Shown: positions 19,209 through 29,006 of the stretch, piece by piece | Layout: the number at the start of each line of letters is the position of its first letter | How positions within the stretch are numbered: position 1 is the stretch's first letter | Origin: Alphaproteobacteria bacterium | Lineage (GTDB): Bacteria > Pseudomonadota > Alphaproteobacteria > M2410 | Reading direction: 5' to 3' | Assembly (NCBI GenBank): GCA_030614785.1 | Contig: JAUWTJ010000001.1 | Location: 65,180-129,179, forward strand | DNA length: 64,000 nt | Notes under the pieces: generated by a model | Databases searched by the model: none | What the model was told of the DNA's origin: nothing | Seen by the model: only the letters and a program-made list of their open reading frames with translations | Translations under genes and position numbers: made by a program

Positions 19209-20147
19209 ATGTCCGACCGCGATATCGTCGCTGAGACGAACACGAAAATCCGTACCGAATTCGTCCACGCTGGCGACCTGACCTTCGAGGTCGATATGTG
19301 TGGACCAATCGGCAATGGGGGCGACAGGCTCGCCATTTGCCTGCATGGCTTTCCAGAGCATTCCTTTTCCTGGCGTTATCAACTGCCGCTGCTTGCAAGG
19401 CTTGGCTACCGTGTCTGGGCGCCAAACCAGCGCGGCTATGGCGCCTCGTCCCGTCCAGAGGGCGTCGCCAACTATCATGTCGACAAGCTGGTGGAAGATG
19501 TCGGGCTGCTCTATGACGCCTCGGGAGCCAAAGAACTTACAATCCTGGCGCATGACTGGGGCGCCGTCATCGCCTGGGTCTTTGCCATCAAACAAACTCG
19601 GCCCCTTGCCAGGCTCATCATCATGAATGTGCCGCATCCGGCCGCAGCCGCCGCGCAGGGACGCAGCCTCGCCCAGCTGAAGAAATCCTGGTACATGTTC
19701 TTTTTCCAGATCCCGTGGCTGCCCGAAAAAATGCTCGGGCACCTTGCCGCCAGAGGCGTTGGCGATGCCATCGTCAACAGCTCCTGTGATCCCGATATGT
19801 TCCCGGATGATGTGCTTGACGTCTATCGCAACAATGCCGCCCGGCCCGGCGCGCTGACAGCGATGCTGAACTATTACCGCGCGCTCTTTCGTTTCAAGAG
19901 CCTGAAGGAATATGGCCACCCCGAAATCGCCAAAATCGAAACACCCACCCTGATGATCTGGGGTGAGGAAGATGTGGCGCTCGGCAAGGAATTAACCTTC
20001 AATACCGACAAATTTGTCAATGACCTCACACTGCGCTATCTACCGGGCGTGTCACACTGGGTGCAGCAGGAAGCACCGGACACAGTCAATGCCATGGTCG
20101 CAGCCTTCCTCACCGGCGAGGAAGTGCCTGAAGCCGGAAACCCATAA
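19209..20147 (+). CDS. Alpha/beta hydrolase (epoxide hydrolase-like)
   Basis: LHGFPE, AHDWGA, SHWVQQEAP. Confidence 0.9.
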   Translation: MSDRDIVAETNTKIRTEFVHAGDLTFEVDMCGPIGNGGDRLAICLHGFPEHSFSWRYQLPLLARLGYRVWAPNQRGYGASSRPEGVANYHVDKLVEDVGLLYDASGAKELTILAHDWGAVIAWVFAIKQTRPLARLIIMNVPHPAAAAAQGRSLAQLKKSWYMFFFQIPWLPEKMLGHLAARGVGDAIVNSSCDPDMFPDDVLDVYRNNAARPGALTAMLNYYRALFRFKSLKEYGHPEIAKIETPTLMIWGEEDVALGKELTFNTDKFVNDLTLRYLPGVSHWVQQEAPDTVNAMVAAFLTGEEVPEAGNP

Positions 20148-20183
20148 AACGCCAGGACCCACGAATTACCGGGAGAAGTCACT

Positions 20184-20366
20184 ATGAGCGGGATTAATCG
20201 CCAAAGCGATGAAGGTGCATCGCTGCAGATCGGCCCCACAGATGAGGGCATGGTTCGCCTCTATATCGCATCCGACAAGATCGACCTGCCCATGGACTTT
20301 ACCCCTGACGAGGCGCGTGAGATCGCCGAGGAACTCATGGCGGCTGCGAATATTGCTGCCAAATAG
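20184..20366 (+). CDS. Small conserved alphaproteobacterial protein (DUF6324-like)
   Basis: LQIGPTDEGMVRLY..MDFTPDEAREIAEEL; GGAG RBS. Confidence 0.7.
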   Translation: MSGINRQSDEGASLQIGPTDEGMVRLYIASDKIDLPMDFTPDEAREIAEELMAAANIAAK

Positions 20367-20459
20367 CCAAATTTGACGAAATCTTTCAGGGCCTCCCCTT
20401 GTGAGCGCTGGATTCATTAGCTTTGGCACCAACCGGATTCTCTGCTAGTTTTAGCATGG

Positions 20460-22925
20460 ATGCCGCGCCCTGATGGTGCGAGCGGAGCCACGTGCCTGTT
20501 GAGGTGTGGGATAGTAAAAAGAGTGACAATTGAAGGCTCGGTAATAGATCGAGCGTGGCCCGCCTGGGTGTGGAGCCCGCAGGATCGCTCAATCGTCGCG
20601 GCCAATGCGAAGGCGCGCGCATTGTGGAATCTTGCGCCCACGACCTCCATCACCGGCTTCCTCTTCCCCGCAAAAGCAAAGGTCACACGCAAGCTTCACG
20701 GCGCCGCCGTTGCTCTGCTGGCTGGCGCCGACCAGGTTCAGGTCGATATCAAGCTGCCTTTCGCTCGCGAAGAAACCTGGCAATGCAGGCGGCTACGATC
20801 ACAGGACTTCACAGATGGCACACTCCTGCTGGAAGCTCCGCAATATGCCAGTACCGACAAATCGCACGTTGTCGACAAGCCGGCTGACGAGGACGCGGAC
20901 AGTCACTCAGTCTGGTCTGAAGAAGCCTTCAATGCCCTTGGTCTTCCCGTCATTATGATCGCCGCCGATGGCAAGATTATGCATCTCAATCACGAGGCCG
21001 ACAGGCTTGCCCCTTCGGATATACTGACAGATGAGACAGGTGAGTTGTGGTCGCGTCCATGGCACTTCCGGGATTTCTTTTCCTCCCACGATGACGTGGA
21101 TCACGCCCTGTCCGCCATGGCAGAAACCCACAGAACCGGCAGCGCTTCCTTTATCGCCTCGCTCATGGGTGTCCCCGGCTTTCCCGGCGGAAGGGTACAA
21201 ATCATATTGCAGCGGGTGGGTGCAGGACTGGGCCAGGCACCGCTCATGGTCACCTTTCACAAACTCGCAGAAAGTCAGCCGGACGTCGCACTACAAAAAC
21301 ACGAGAGTGTTGCCCTTGATCAAGTGCATAAGGAAATATCAAGTCTTGGTGCAATGGCCTTTGAGCTCAATGAAAAAAACCAGATCATTTTCTTTACGCC
21401 GGAATTCGCCACATGGATCGGCAAAGACCCGCAGGACATCGGCGGCAAAAAGATCGCTGATCTGAGTCTGACACCGGCAAGCGGTGCCGCCATTTTGCAA
21501 ATGGCCGGCGGCGACTGGGAAGATGGTCGTTATATGATCCGCCGATCGGACGGGACAATCAGTTCTGTAAAAGTTACATCCTTTGTCTTGCCTGCCGCAC
21601 CATCGAACAAGATCAATCGCCTGTGCATTGCAAAAATCCTTGACGGCAACGAGGCACCGGGCCAGATCGCGTCGGTCGGCGATCTCACCCGCGAACCGGA
21701 TGATATTGTTTCTCTTTTCCTTGAGGGCACTACGCCGCAGACCACCGCCGACGACAGGAACAATCTCGTGCGCCTCGATGACTGGCGTGAAGGCGAGGAA
21801 ATCGTCCTGACCGGGGGCAGCTTTCGTGCGCTCATTGAAAGTCTCGATGCAGCCCTCATTGGTCTTGATGAAGATGGCAATATCAAATTCATCAACAAGG
21901 CGGTTGAGACCCTTCTGAATCAACCGGCCTCAAAACTGGAAGGCATGCCCTTTGCATCTGCCTTCCGGGCTGCATCAGCCGCCAAACTATCCCGCTTCTT
22001 TAATAACCCGCAAGGAGCGGAACAATCGACCTTTTCAAGGAGTGTGATCCTTGAGCCGGTGAACACGGCCAGCAAGAAAGATCATCTTGTCTTGCGACTT
22101 CACACCCTCAGGGAAAAATCTCCAGTCCGATATTGCGCCTTTCTCAAGCCCCGGCATCAAAAATCCGATACTCCGATTTCAGGCGTGCCCGGCGCCGCGC
22201 CTTCAACCAAACGCCGAGCCGATTTCGTCGCGCAGATCAGTCATGAGATCCGCACGCCCCTCAACGCTATTCTCGGGTTCTCAGATCTCATGCTCTCTGA
22301 AGGAATGGGTCCCATAGGCAATGAGAAATACAAGGAGTATATGCAAGATATCCACGACAGTGGGGAATTGATCTTGAATCTCATCAACGACATCCTTGAC
22401 CTTGCCAAGGTTGATGCGGGTGGGATTTCAGTTGAGATGAAGGGCTGCAATCTTGAAACCCGCATCCGTCAAGCGGTTTCCATGACTTCAGCCCAGGCAC
22501 AAGCCAAAGCCGTTACAGTGTCCGTTCAGGTTGCCGATCCCTTACCCATTATTTTTGCCGACGAGCGATCAGTCATGCAAATTCTGCTCAACCTCCTGGG
22601 CAATGCCATCAAATTCACCGGCAAAGGTGGCGAGGTGCGGGTCACAGCACAGCCAGGCGGTAAGGATCACGTCAGTCTCGTTGTCGAAGACTCCGGCGTC
22701 GGCATGACAAAGGAAGACCTGAAACGTGCCCTCAAGCCCTTCCAGCAGGTTGATACCGCCGCGATGATTGAGACCAGTCGCGGTGACAAGGGTACCGGAC
22801 TGGGTTTGCCCATTACCAAGTCGCTTGCGGAAGCAAACAATGCCGTGTTCCACATTGAAAGTGAGCGCAACAAGGGCACGCGCATCGAGGTCCTGTTCAA
22901 TCGGGCCCGCGCGGCCGCAGAATAG
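20460..22925 (+). CDS. Cytoplasmic PAS histidine kinase, PdhS/DivJ/PleC-like
   Basis: ISHEIRTPLNAILGFSDLM..GPIGNEKYKEY..DIHDSG; several degenerate PAS domains; start uncertain. Confidence 0.85.
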   Translation: MPRPDGASGATCLLRCGIVKRVTIEGSVIDRAWPAWVWSPQDRSIVAANAKARALWNLAPTTSITGFLFPAKAKVTRKLHGAAVALLAGADQVQVDIKLPFAREETWQCRRLRSQDFTDGTLLLEAPQYASTDKSHVVDKPADEDADSHSVWSEEAFNALGLPVIMIAADGKIMHLNHEADRLAPSDILTDETGELWSRPWHFRDFFSSHDDVDHALSAMAETHRTGSASFIASLMGVPGFPGGRVQIILQRVGAGLGQAPLMVTFHKLAESQPDVALQKHESVALDQVHKEISSLGAMAFELNEKNQIIFFTPEFATWIGKDPQDIGGKKIADLSLTPASGAAILQMAGGDWEDGRYMIRRSDGTISSVKVTSFVLPAAPSNKINRLCIAKILDGNEAPGQIASVGDLTREPDDIVSLFLEGTTPQTTADDRNNLVRLDDWREGEEIVLTGGSFRALIESLDAALIGLDEDGNIKFINKAVETLLNQPASKLEGMPFASAFRAASAAKLSRFFNNPQGAEQSTFSRSVILEPVNTASKKDHLVLRLHTLREKSPVRYCAFLKPRHQKSDTPISGVPGAAPSTKRRADFVAQISHEIRTPLNAILGFSDLMLSEGMGPIGNEKYKEYMQDIHDSGELILNLINDILDLAKVDAGGISVEMKGCNLETRIRQAVSMTSAQAQAKAVTVSVQVADPLPIIFADERSVMQILLNLLGNAIKFTGKGGEVRVTAQPGGKDHVSLVVEDSGVGMTKEDLKRALKPFQQVDTAAMIETSRGDKGTGLGLPITKSLAEANNAVFHIESERNKGTRIEVLFNRARAAAE

Positions 22926-23049
22926 CCGATCGCATTTCCCCTCGGTAATTGCCTCAAATACGCCCGTATTTGCAGGTAGTCGGGTATTGAATTTGTTGTA
23001 GAATCAAGCTTCGAACGACTCGCTTCCAACGCTTTCAGGAGGAAATGTC

Positions 23050-25035
23050 ATGGCCAAAGCCCTGAAATATTTCATTGACGCCCTTGTACTCCTTGTAGTG
23101 CTGGCACTCGCGATGCCACTGTTCATTCCCGCAGACGCCTACAAGGATCAGATCGTCGCCGCTGTCGAGCGTTCAACAGGACGCACATTGACCATCAATG
23201 GTGATCTGGATTTGCGGTTCAGGCCCGGGCTCGAATTTTCGATCCAGGACGCTACCCTTTCGAATGCCCCGGGGGCAACCGCCCCCCTTATGGCGCAAAT
23301 GGATAGCATGACGATCGGCGTCGACTGGCGCGCACTCTTTTCACGTAAGATCACCATCACCAAATTCATCCTCGAAGATCCGGTCATCTCTCTGGAGATC
23401 ATGAAAAACGGTAAAGCCAACTGGGAGTTTATGCCGGATGCTCAACCTGCCGCACAAGAGGATGGCGAGGCAAATGACACCGGCAGCGATACAGTAACCG
23501 GAAGCCTTGATGCCCTTTCATTTGGAGATCTGCAAATTGTCAACGGACAGCTTACCTGGCGCAATCATCTGGCCGGGCAAACCTATGAAATATCAAACGT
23601 CAATCTGAAAATCGAACTTCCCGATCTGAAAGGCCCTGTGAAAATAGCGGGCGACCTCATTTACAATAGCGAGAATTTTGACTTTGATCTGGCTCTCGGA
23701 TCTCTCGAAGCCATTACATCCGGTGCACAGACCACCTTTGGGCTCGATCTGAAGTCGCAGCTGATAAAGGCCAAACTTGATGGCACCCTGACCGGTGGTC
23801 AGGACACTACAATCAAATCACATGCGCGAGTTGATGTGCCTTCAGTGCGCAAACTCGCAGCCTGGACCGGCACGCCCATAGCCTCGGAAAAGGGCTTTGG
23901 CCCCTTCACTGTAGAGGGGGACCTGAATGCGGCAGGACCGATCTACTCTTTTACCGAGGCAAAAGTGACGTTCGACGACATGAAGGCCGACGGGACCCTC
24001 AAATTCAACACGGCCAACACAAAACCTGTCGTATCCGGCACATTGACCGTCGACAAGATCGACCTGCGCCCCTACATGACAGAGACCGAAGCGACGGATG
24101 AAGACAGCGGTGATAAGGAAGAGCTGAAGTGGGATGACACCCCGATTGATGCTTCAGGCCTCAGGGCCCTGGACGTTGACTTTACCCTCAAGGCGAACGC
24201 TTTTTACTTTCAGGGTTATGAAATCGGCAATACTGAACTGTCAATCCGTGTACACAACAATATGCTGACGGCAACGCTGGATAAAATGGACCTCTACAAG
24301 GGAACAGGGAAGGGCACCGTTACATTTAATGTGAACGAGCCAGCCGCCAGAGTCGACGCCAATTTCACGTTTGTCGGTATTCAAGCGGGGTCCCTTGTGC
24401 AAGCTGCCGCCGACCGCGACGTTGTCGAGGGCATCGGGGACTTCAAATTCGCTATCAAAACAGGCGGAAAATCACAGAACGAAATGATGCACGGGCTTTC
24501 CGGCAACGGCGCTCTTACTCTGCGAGATGGCAAACTCAAAGGGGTCAACCTGAACCGTATGCTCCAGGTCATCAGTGCCTTCACGCCTGACCAGGCGGCC
24601 GACGCGACGGCCACTCAGGAAGGTGAAACACAAACTGCCGCCCAAATCGGTTCTGGCAAGTCCACTGATTTTGTCGAAATGGGTGGAACCTTTATCATCA
24701 CAGGCGGCGTCCTCCGCACAAAGGATTTCGCCTTGATCAATGATGCGCTTTCCCTCAGCGGCCAGGGACAGGTCGGCATCGGCAAGCAGACCATCAATAT
24801 GAAGCTCGCGCCCGGCCGCCGCGCCGATGACGGCGGCACGCGCTTGAAAATGAAGGTTCACGGCCCGTGGAACGACATCCACTACGGGCCTGATTTTGAA
24901 GACGTCATCAAGGGCGGCCTGCGCGACATTCTATCGGGCGACCGCAAGAAAGAAGATGGCCAGGCAGACAAGGATATAGGCGGCGAGATCGTCGACCAGC
25001 TGCTGGATTCCATTTTTGGTCCCAAAGGCAATTAG
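23050..25035 (+). CDS. AsmA family protein
   Basis: N-terminal TM; TGRTLTINGDL; NGKANW; AsmA-like C-terminus. Confidence 0.88.
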   Translation: MAKALKYFIDALVLLVVLALAMPLFIPADAYKDQIVAAVERSTGRTLTINGDLDLRFRPGLEFSIQDATLSNAPGATAPLMAQMDSMTIGVDWRALFSRKITITKFILEDPVISLEIMKNGKANWEFMPDAQPAAQEDGEANDTGSDTVTGSLDALSFGDLQIVNGQLTWRNHLAGQTYEISNVNLKIELPDLKGPVKIAGDLIYNSENFDFDLALGSLEAITSGAQTTFGLDLKSQLIKAKLDGTLTGGQDTTIKSHARVDVPSVRKLAAWTGTPIASEKGFGPFTVEGDLNAAGPIYSFTEAKVTFDDMKADGTLKFNTANTKPVVSGTLTVDKIDLRPYMTETEATDEDSGDKEELKWDDTPIDASGLRALDVDFTLKANAFYFQGYEIGNTELSIRVHNNMLTATLDKMDLYKGTGKGTVTFNVNEPAARVDANFTFVGIQAGSLVQAAADRDVVEGIGDFKFAIKTGGKSQNEMMHGLSGNGALTLRDGKLKGVNLNRMLQVISAFTPDQAADATATQEGETQTAAQIGSGKSTDFVEMGGTFIITGGVLRTKDFALINDALSLSGQGQVGIGKQTINMKLAPGRRADDGGTRLKMKVHGPWNDIHYGPDFEDVIKGGLRDILSGDRKKEDGQADKDIGGEIVDQLLDSIFGPKGN

Positions 25036-25147
25036 TCAAACGACACAACTTATTGATATTAAAAAGTAAATCACACCACTTTGCACATTAACCCTAACTC
25101 GGCGACAATGGGAACGGGTAAGGAGAGTTTCATCTGGAACTCTGAAA

Positions 25148-27016
25148 GTGGCGAGATCAATGAAAAACCCCGGAGGACAGCGAAGCTGTCTTAAATGGAC
25201 TGTCGAGAGTTGCGTGGCAGGCGTGGTGATGGCCACGTTGCTGTCGCCAGTGCCGTCACGGGCGAATATCTCCATTGTTTCCGAAATCGAGACGCTTGCC
25301 AGTAATCGATCCAGTAATCAGGCCAGTGATCAAATCGACAATTTGCGATTTATTGACAGAACGCTCCTGACTGAAAAAATTCCGGCTATTGAAACTGCAC
25401 CCTCGACGCGCCTTTCCCTTGAACGTGCCGACCTGGAGGCCTGGGCAAGAGACACCATTGGCGTGGCAGAGGCCCGAGGGCGGCTTACAGGTGCGGGCGT
25501 AGCAGTCTTTCGGCCCGAAGGTTCTGTCATTGTAAAAGGTTTTGGTTACGGCGATTTCGAAAAACGCGACCCGGTTCATCCGAGTGTCACTTATCTGCCT
25601 GCTGCACAGCTAGGAGACCTTCTCGTCGCCGAGTTACTTGTCGAACTCGAAGCGACAGGACGTCTGAATCTGGGTGACAGAGCCAGCAACTACCTGACAC
25701 GGATCGCTCTTCCGCCAGCATACCGCCATCTCACTATCCGCGATCTCTTTGGCTCAGAAACCGGCCTCACAACTTCCATACGCGGCACACACCTGGCGCC
25801 AGGCCAAACCGAACCAGAGGCGCTCGGCCACATCAAATCAATGTTGAATGAAAGTGCGCCTGAACGACAGAACGGCGCCCCGTCCTCGCCTCTGGCTTCC
25901 GCTCTCGCTTCGCTCATAGTAGAAGACGTAAGCGGTCAGAAGATCGAAAAAACTCTGAGCCAGCGGCTCGCCGACAAATGGGGTGCGACGGCCTGGTTCA
26001 ACACCGCCGGATCGCGGCAACCAGGGTACACATCACAGCATCACCGGATTTCACGATTTGGCGAGACAGAGCGCATGGAACTTTATGCGACATCGCCCGG
26101 ATTTGTGGCCTCTCAGGGAATTTATCTGACCCTGAACGACATAACGCGAATTTTAGCGAGTCAACTCAAAGGTCTCGAAGAAAAATCCCCTTTGACCGAA
26201 CGGGTCGTTGCTCTCACCTTTGCGCAGAAGACGGTTGACGGCACCGCAGAAGGCGAACTCGATAACATCGAAATACTGCAACTGCAGGGGAGTGTGAACG
26301 CCAGCTCAGTTCACATTGTACTTGTTCCGGACCTTGAGATTGGCCTCGTCGCCGTGGTCAACTCTGCACCGCGAACAGTCGATCTTGCACCAGGCAGAGG
26401 CAAGGAAAAAATTCTCCCGCCTTTGAGTGCAAGCGATATCGTCGAAAATTTTCTTCAGACCTTTATCCCATCACACAAAACGACTTTGGCTCTACCTTCA
26501 GAGATGGACCGCCCCTTCGAGGATGTCTATACGCAGACCTCGCGCGCGCTCATTGGCTCTGACACAGTGTTGAAAATTTTCTCCCCGCTGAGCAAGAAGT
26601 CCTCTGTCAACGGATTGATGGTACTATTTCTGTTATCTTCTGTCCTGCAGTTCGCCCTGCTGGCATCGGCGCGCTGGCCGACCGTGACGGGCGGGCAAAG
26701 AGCGGCCAAGTGGCTCGGCATGGCATCAGTCGTCACCATGACCGCCGCCCTGACCTTACCGGTTGTGCTTCTCGTCATAGGGCACAGCAGAACGCTGATT
26801 GATCCCCTTTATCTGATTTCAAGGTGGGCCTTTCCGATTGCCGGCCTGATGGCCACCGTGACCCTGATGACCTGCCTCATCGGCTGGAAACAGAGCTTCT
26901 GGGGCGATGAAGGTGACGGATTCAAGAGACGCTTGTGCTTCACGGCTGGTTCCCTGGGTGTTTTCGGCCTCGCTGTTGTCTCCTGGCAACTTGACCTGAT
27001 CGCTCCGGTTTTCTAA
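25148..27016 (+). CDS. Degenerate beta-lactamase/serine-hydrolase-like membrane protein
   Basis: KGFGYGD, G.LNL.D...YL, LTIRDL....G; no SxxK; 3-4 C-terminal TM helices. Confidence 0.6.
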   Translation: MARSMKNPGGQRSCLKWTVESCVAGVVMATLLSPVPSRANISIVSEIETLASNRSSNQASDQIDNLRFIDRTLLTEKIPAIETAPSTRLSLERADLEAWARDTIGVAEARGRLTGAGVAVFRPEGSVIVKGFGYGDFEKRDPVHPSVTYLPAAQLGDLLVAELLVELEATGRLNLGDRASNYLTRIALPPAYRHLTIRDLFGSETGLTTSIRGTHLAPGQTEPEALGHIKSMLNESAPERQNGAPSSPLASALASLIVEDVSGQKIEKTLSQRLADKWGATAWFNTAGSRQPGYTSQHHRISRFGETERMELYATSPGFVASQGIYLTLNDITRILASQLKGLEEKSPLTERVVALTFAQKTVDGTAEGELDNIEILQLQGSVNASSVHIVLVPDLEIGLVAVVNSAPRTVDLAPGRGKEKILPPLSASDIVENFLQTFIPSHKTTLALPSEMDRPFEDVYTQTSRALIGSDTVLKIFSPLSKKSSVNGLMVLFLLSSVLQFALLASARWPTVTGGQRAAKWLGMASVVTMTAALTLPVVLLVIGHSRTLIDPLYLISRWAFPIAGLMATVTLMTCLIGWKQSFWGDEGDGFKRRLCFTAGSLGVFGLAVVSWQLDLIAPVF

Positions 27017-27085
27017 ACCATACAGCTATCCCGCCCAAAGTCCTGGCCACTGCATAGCCTCGGGAGCGCCCTGAAAAGGAAAATC

Positions 27086-28876
27086 ATGAGACACTTTCTT
27101 ACCCTACTGATTGGAACACTCTTCATGTCTGCACTATCACCGGCGTCGCCACCGGCAAATGCCGATGACACCTCTCCCCGACAAGGCGGCGACCGCGACG
27201 GCGCGTTCTTTTCGTCTCGCTCCCCCGTCCTCGCCATGAACGGGGCCGCAGCAACCAGGCACCCACTTGCCTCCCAGGTTGCTATAGACATTCTCAAACA
27301 AGGTGGCAGCGCCATCGATGCTGCTATTGCGGCAAATTCGACGCTCGGCCTCATGACACCGGTGGTCAACGGTATCGGCGGCGACATCTTCGTCATCGTA
27401 TGGGACCCGAAAACCGAAAAGCTCTATGGCTACAACGGCTCGGGCCGCGCGCCGATGGGCCGCAGCATGGCGCAGATGCAGGAAAAGGTCGGCGACCATA
27501 CCGAGGACGGCTTTCGCACTGTCCCCGCCTACGGCTCTCTGCCTGTCACTGTGCCAGGTGCCGTTGACGGCTGGTTTGCCCTCCACGAGCGATTTGGCAA
27601 ACTGAAGATGAAAAAGGTTCTCGCACCGGCGATCCGTTACGCCGAAGAAGGATTTCCGGTGACGCAGGGTATTGCGCCAGGCTGGGGCCGCTCGATGGCC
27701 AACTTCACCTCCGGTGAAGCCCCATTCCTCGAGGAATACGAAAATGCCCGGGCAACCTATATGCCAGGCGGCAAGGCCCCCGGCATTGGTGATGTGTTTA
27801 AAAATCCGGACCTTGCCAACACCTATCGCATCCTCGCAAAAAAGGGCCGCAAAGCCTATTATGAAGGCGAGATCGCCAGAACCATCGATACCTATATGAA
27901 GCGTATCGGCGGTGATCTGCGCTATGAAGATCTTGCTGCCCACAAGGGCGAATGGGTCGAACCGGTCAGCGTCAACTATCGCGGCTATGACGTCTACGAA
28001 TTGCCGCCTAACACGCAAGGTATTGCCGCCCTTCAAATGCTGAACACTCTCGAGGCCTACGACCTGGCATCTATGGGTCACAACAGCGCCGAGGCGCTCC
28101 ATTTAATGGTCGAGGCCAAGCGCCTCGCCTTTGAAGACCGGGCAAAGTTCTACTCCGACCAGGCGTTCGCAGATGTTCCTGTAAAAAGTCTGATTTCAAA
28201 ACCCTATGCCGATACACGGCGCGCGCTTATCGACCCGAAGAAGGCCATGACGGAAGTAACGGCCGGGGATCCGCAAGCCATCGAAAACGGCGACACGATC
28301 TACCTCACCGTTGCGGACAAGGATGGCATGATGGTCTCACTCATTCAGTCGAACTATCGCGGCATGGGCTCGGGTCTTGTTGCCGACGGTCTCGGCTTCA
28401 TGTTCCAGGACAGGGGGCAACTCTTTTCGCTGGATGAAGATCACGCCAATGCCTACGCGCCGGGCAAACGCCCCTTCCACACCATTATCCCAGCCTTCGT
28501 GATGAAAGACGGCAAACCTCTCATGAGTTTCGGTGTTATGGGCGGGGCCATGCAGCCGCAGGGGCACATCCAGGTTCTCGTCAATCTGCTCGACTTTGGC
28601 ATGAACGTGCAGGAGGCTGGCGATGCCGCCCGCTTCCGCCATTCCGGATCAACCCAGCCTACCGGCGAGCAGCGCAAGGGAGTCGGCACGGTGAGCGTTG
28701 AAGCCGGTGTTCCCAAAGCGGTTCGTGAGGCGCTCATTGCTATGGGCCACAACGTTGAGGTCGATACGCGCGCTTCGGGCTATGGGGCCTACCATGCCAT
28801 TTTCAGGGACCCCGTAACCGGCGTTTACCATGCCGCATCAGAAATGCGTGCGGACGGCCAGGCAATCGGCTATTAG
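27086..28876 (+). CDS. ggt: Gamma-glutamyltransferase
   Basis: Signal peptide; GGSAIDAAIA, GIGGD, DTIYL (nucleophile Thr), GVMGG.MQPQGH. Confidence 0.93.
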   Translation: MRHFLTLLIGTLFMSALSPASPPANADDTSPRQGGDRDGAFFSSRSPVLAMNGAAATRHPLASQVAIDILKQGGSAIDAAIAANSTLGLMTPVVNGIGGDIFVIVWDPKTEKLYGYNGSGRAPMGRSMAQMQEKVGDHTEDGFRTVPAYGSLPVTVPGAVDGWFALHERFGKLKMKKVLAPAIRYAEEGFPVTQGIAPGWGRSMANFTSGEAPFLEEYENARATYMPGGKAPGIGDVFKNPDLANTYRILAKKGRKAYYEGEIARTIDTYMKRIGGDLRYEDLAAHKGEWVEPVSVNYRGYDVYELPPNTQGIAALQMLNTLEAYDLASMGHNSAEALHLMVEAKRLAFEDRAKFYSDQAFADVPVKSLISKPYADTRRALIDPKKAMTEVTAGDPQAIENGDTIYLTVADKDGMMVSLIQSNYRGMGSGLVADGLGFMFQDRGQLFSLDEDHANAYAPGKRPFHTIIPAFVMKDGKPLMSFGVMGGAMQPQGHIQVLVNLLDFGMNVQEAGDAARFRHSGSTQPTGEQRKGVGTVSVEAGVPKAVREALIAMGHNVEVDTRASGYGAYHAIFRDPVTGVYHAASEMRADGQAIGY

Positions 28877-28914
28877 AAGGCCCGGAAATCGCTCCACCAG
28901 CGGACAGGGCCTTT

Positions 28915-28930
28915 CGGCACCATCCTTGCT
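28915..28930 (+). promoter_or_regulatory. Candidate sigma-54 -24/-12 promoter for the TPR gene
   Basis: CGGCAC-CATCC-TTGCT (GG-N10-GC), about 77 bp upstream of ATG 29007. Confidence 0.4.
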
Positions 28931-29006
28931 GATTGGAACATCAACCAGGGCCGCTGATCGGATCAGCGGCCCAACAATGACCCTTTTTGTTTCATAGAGG
29001 CACAGA

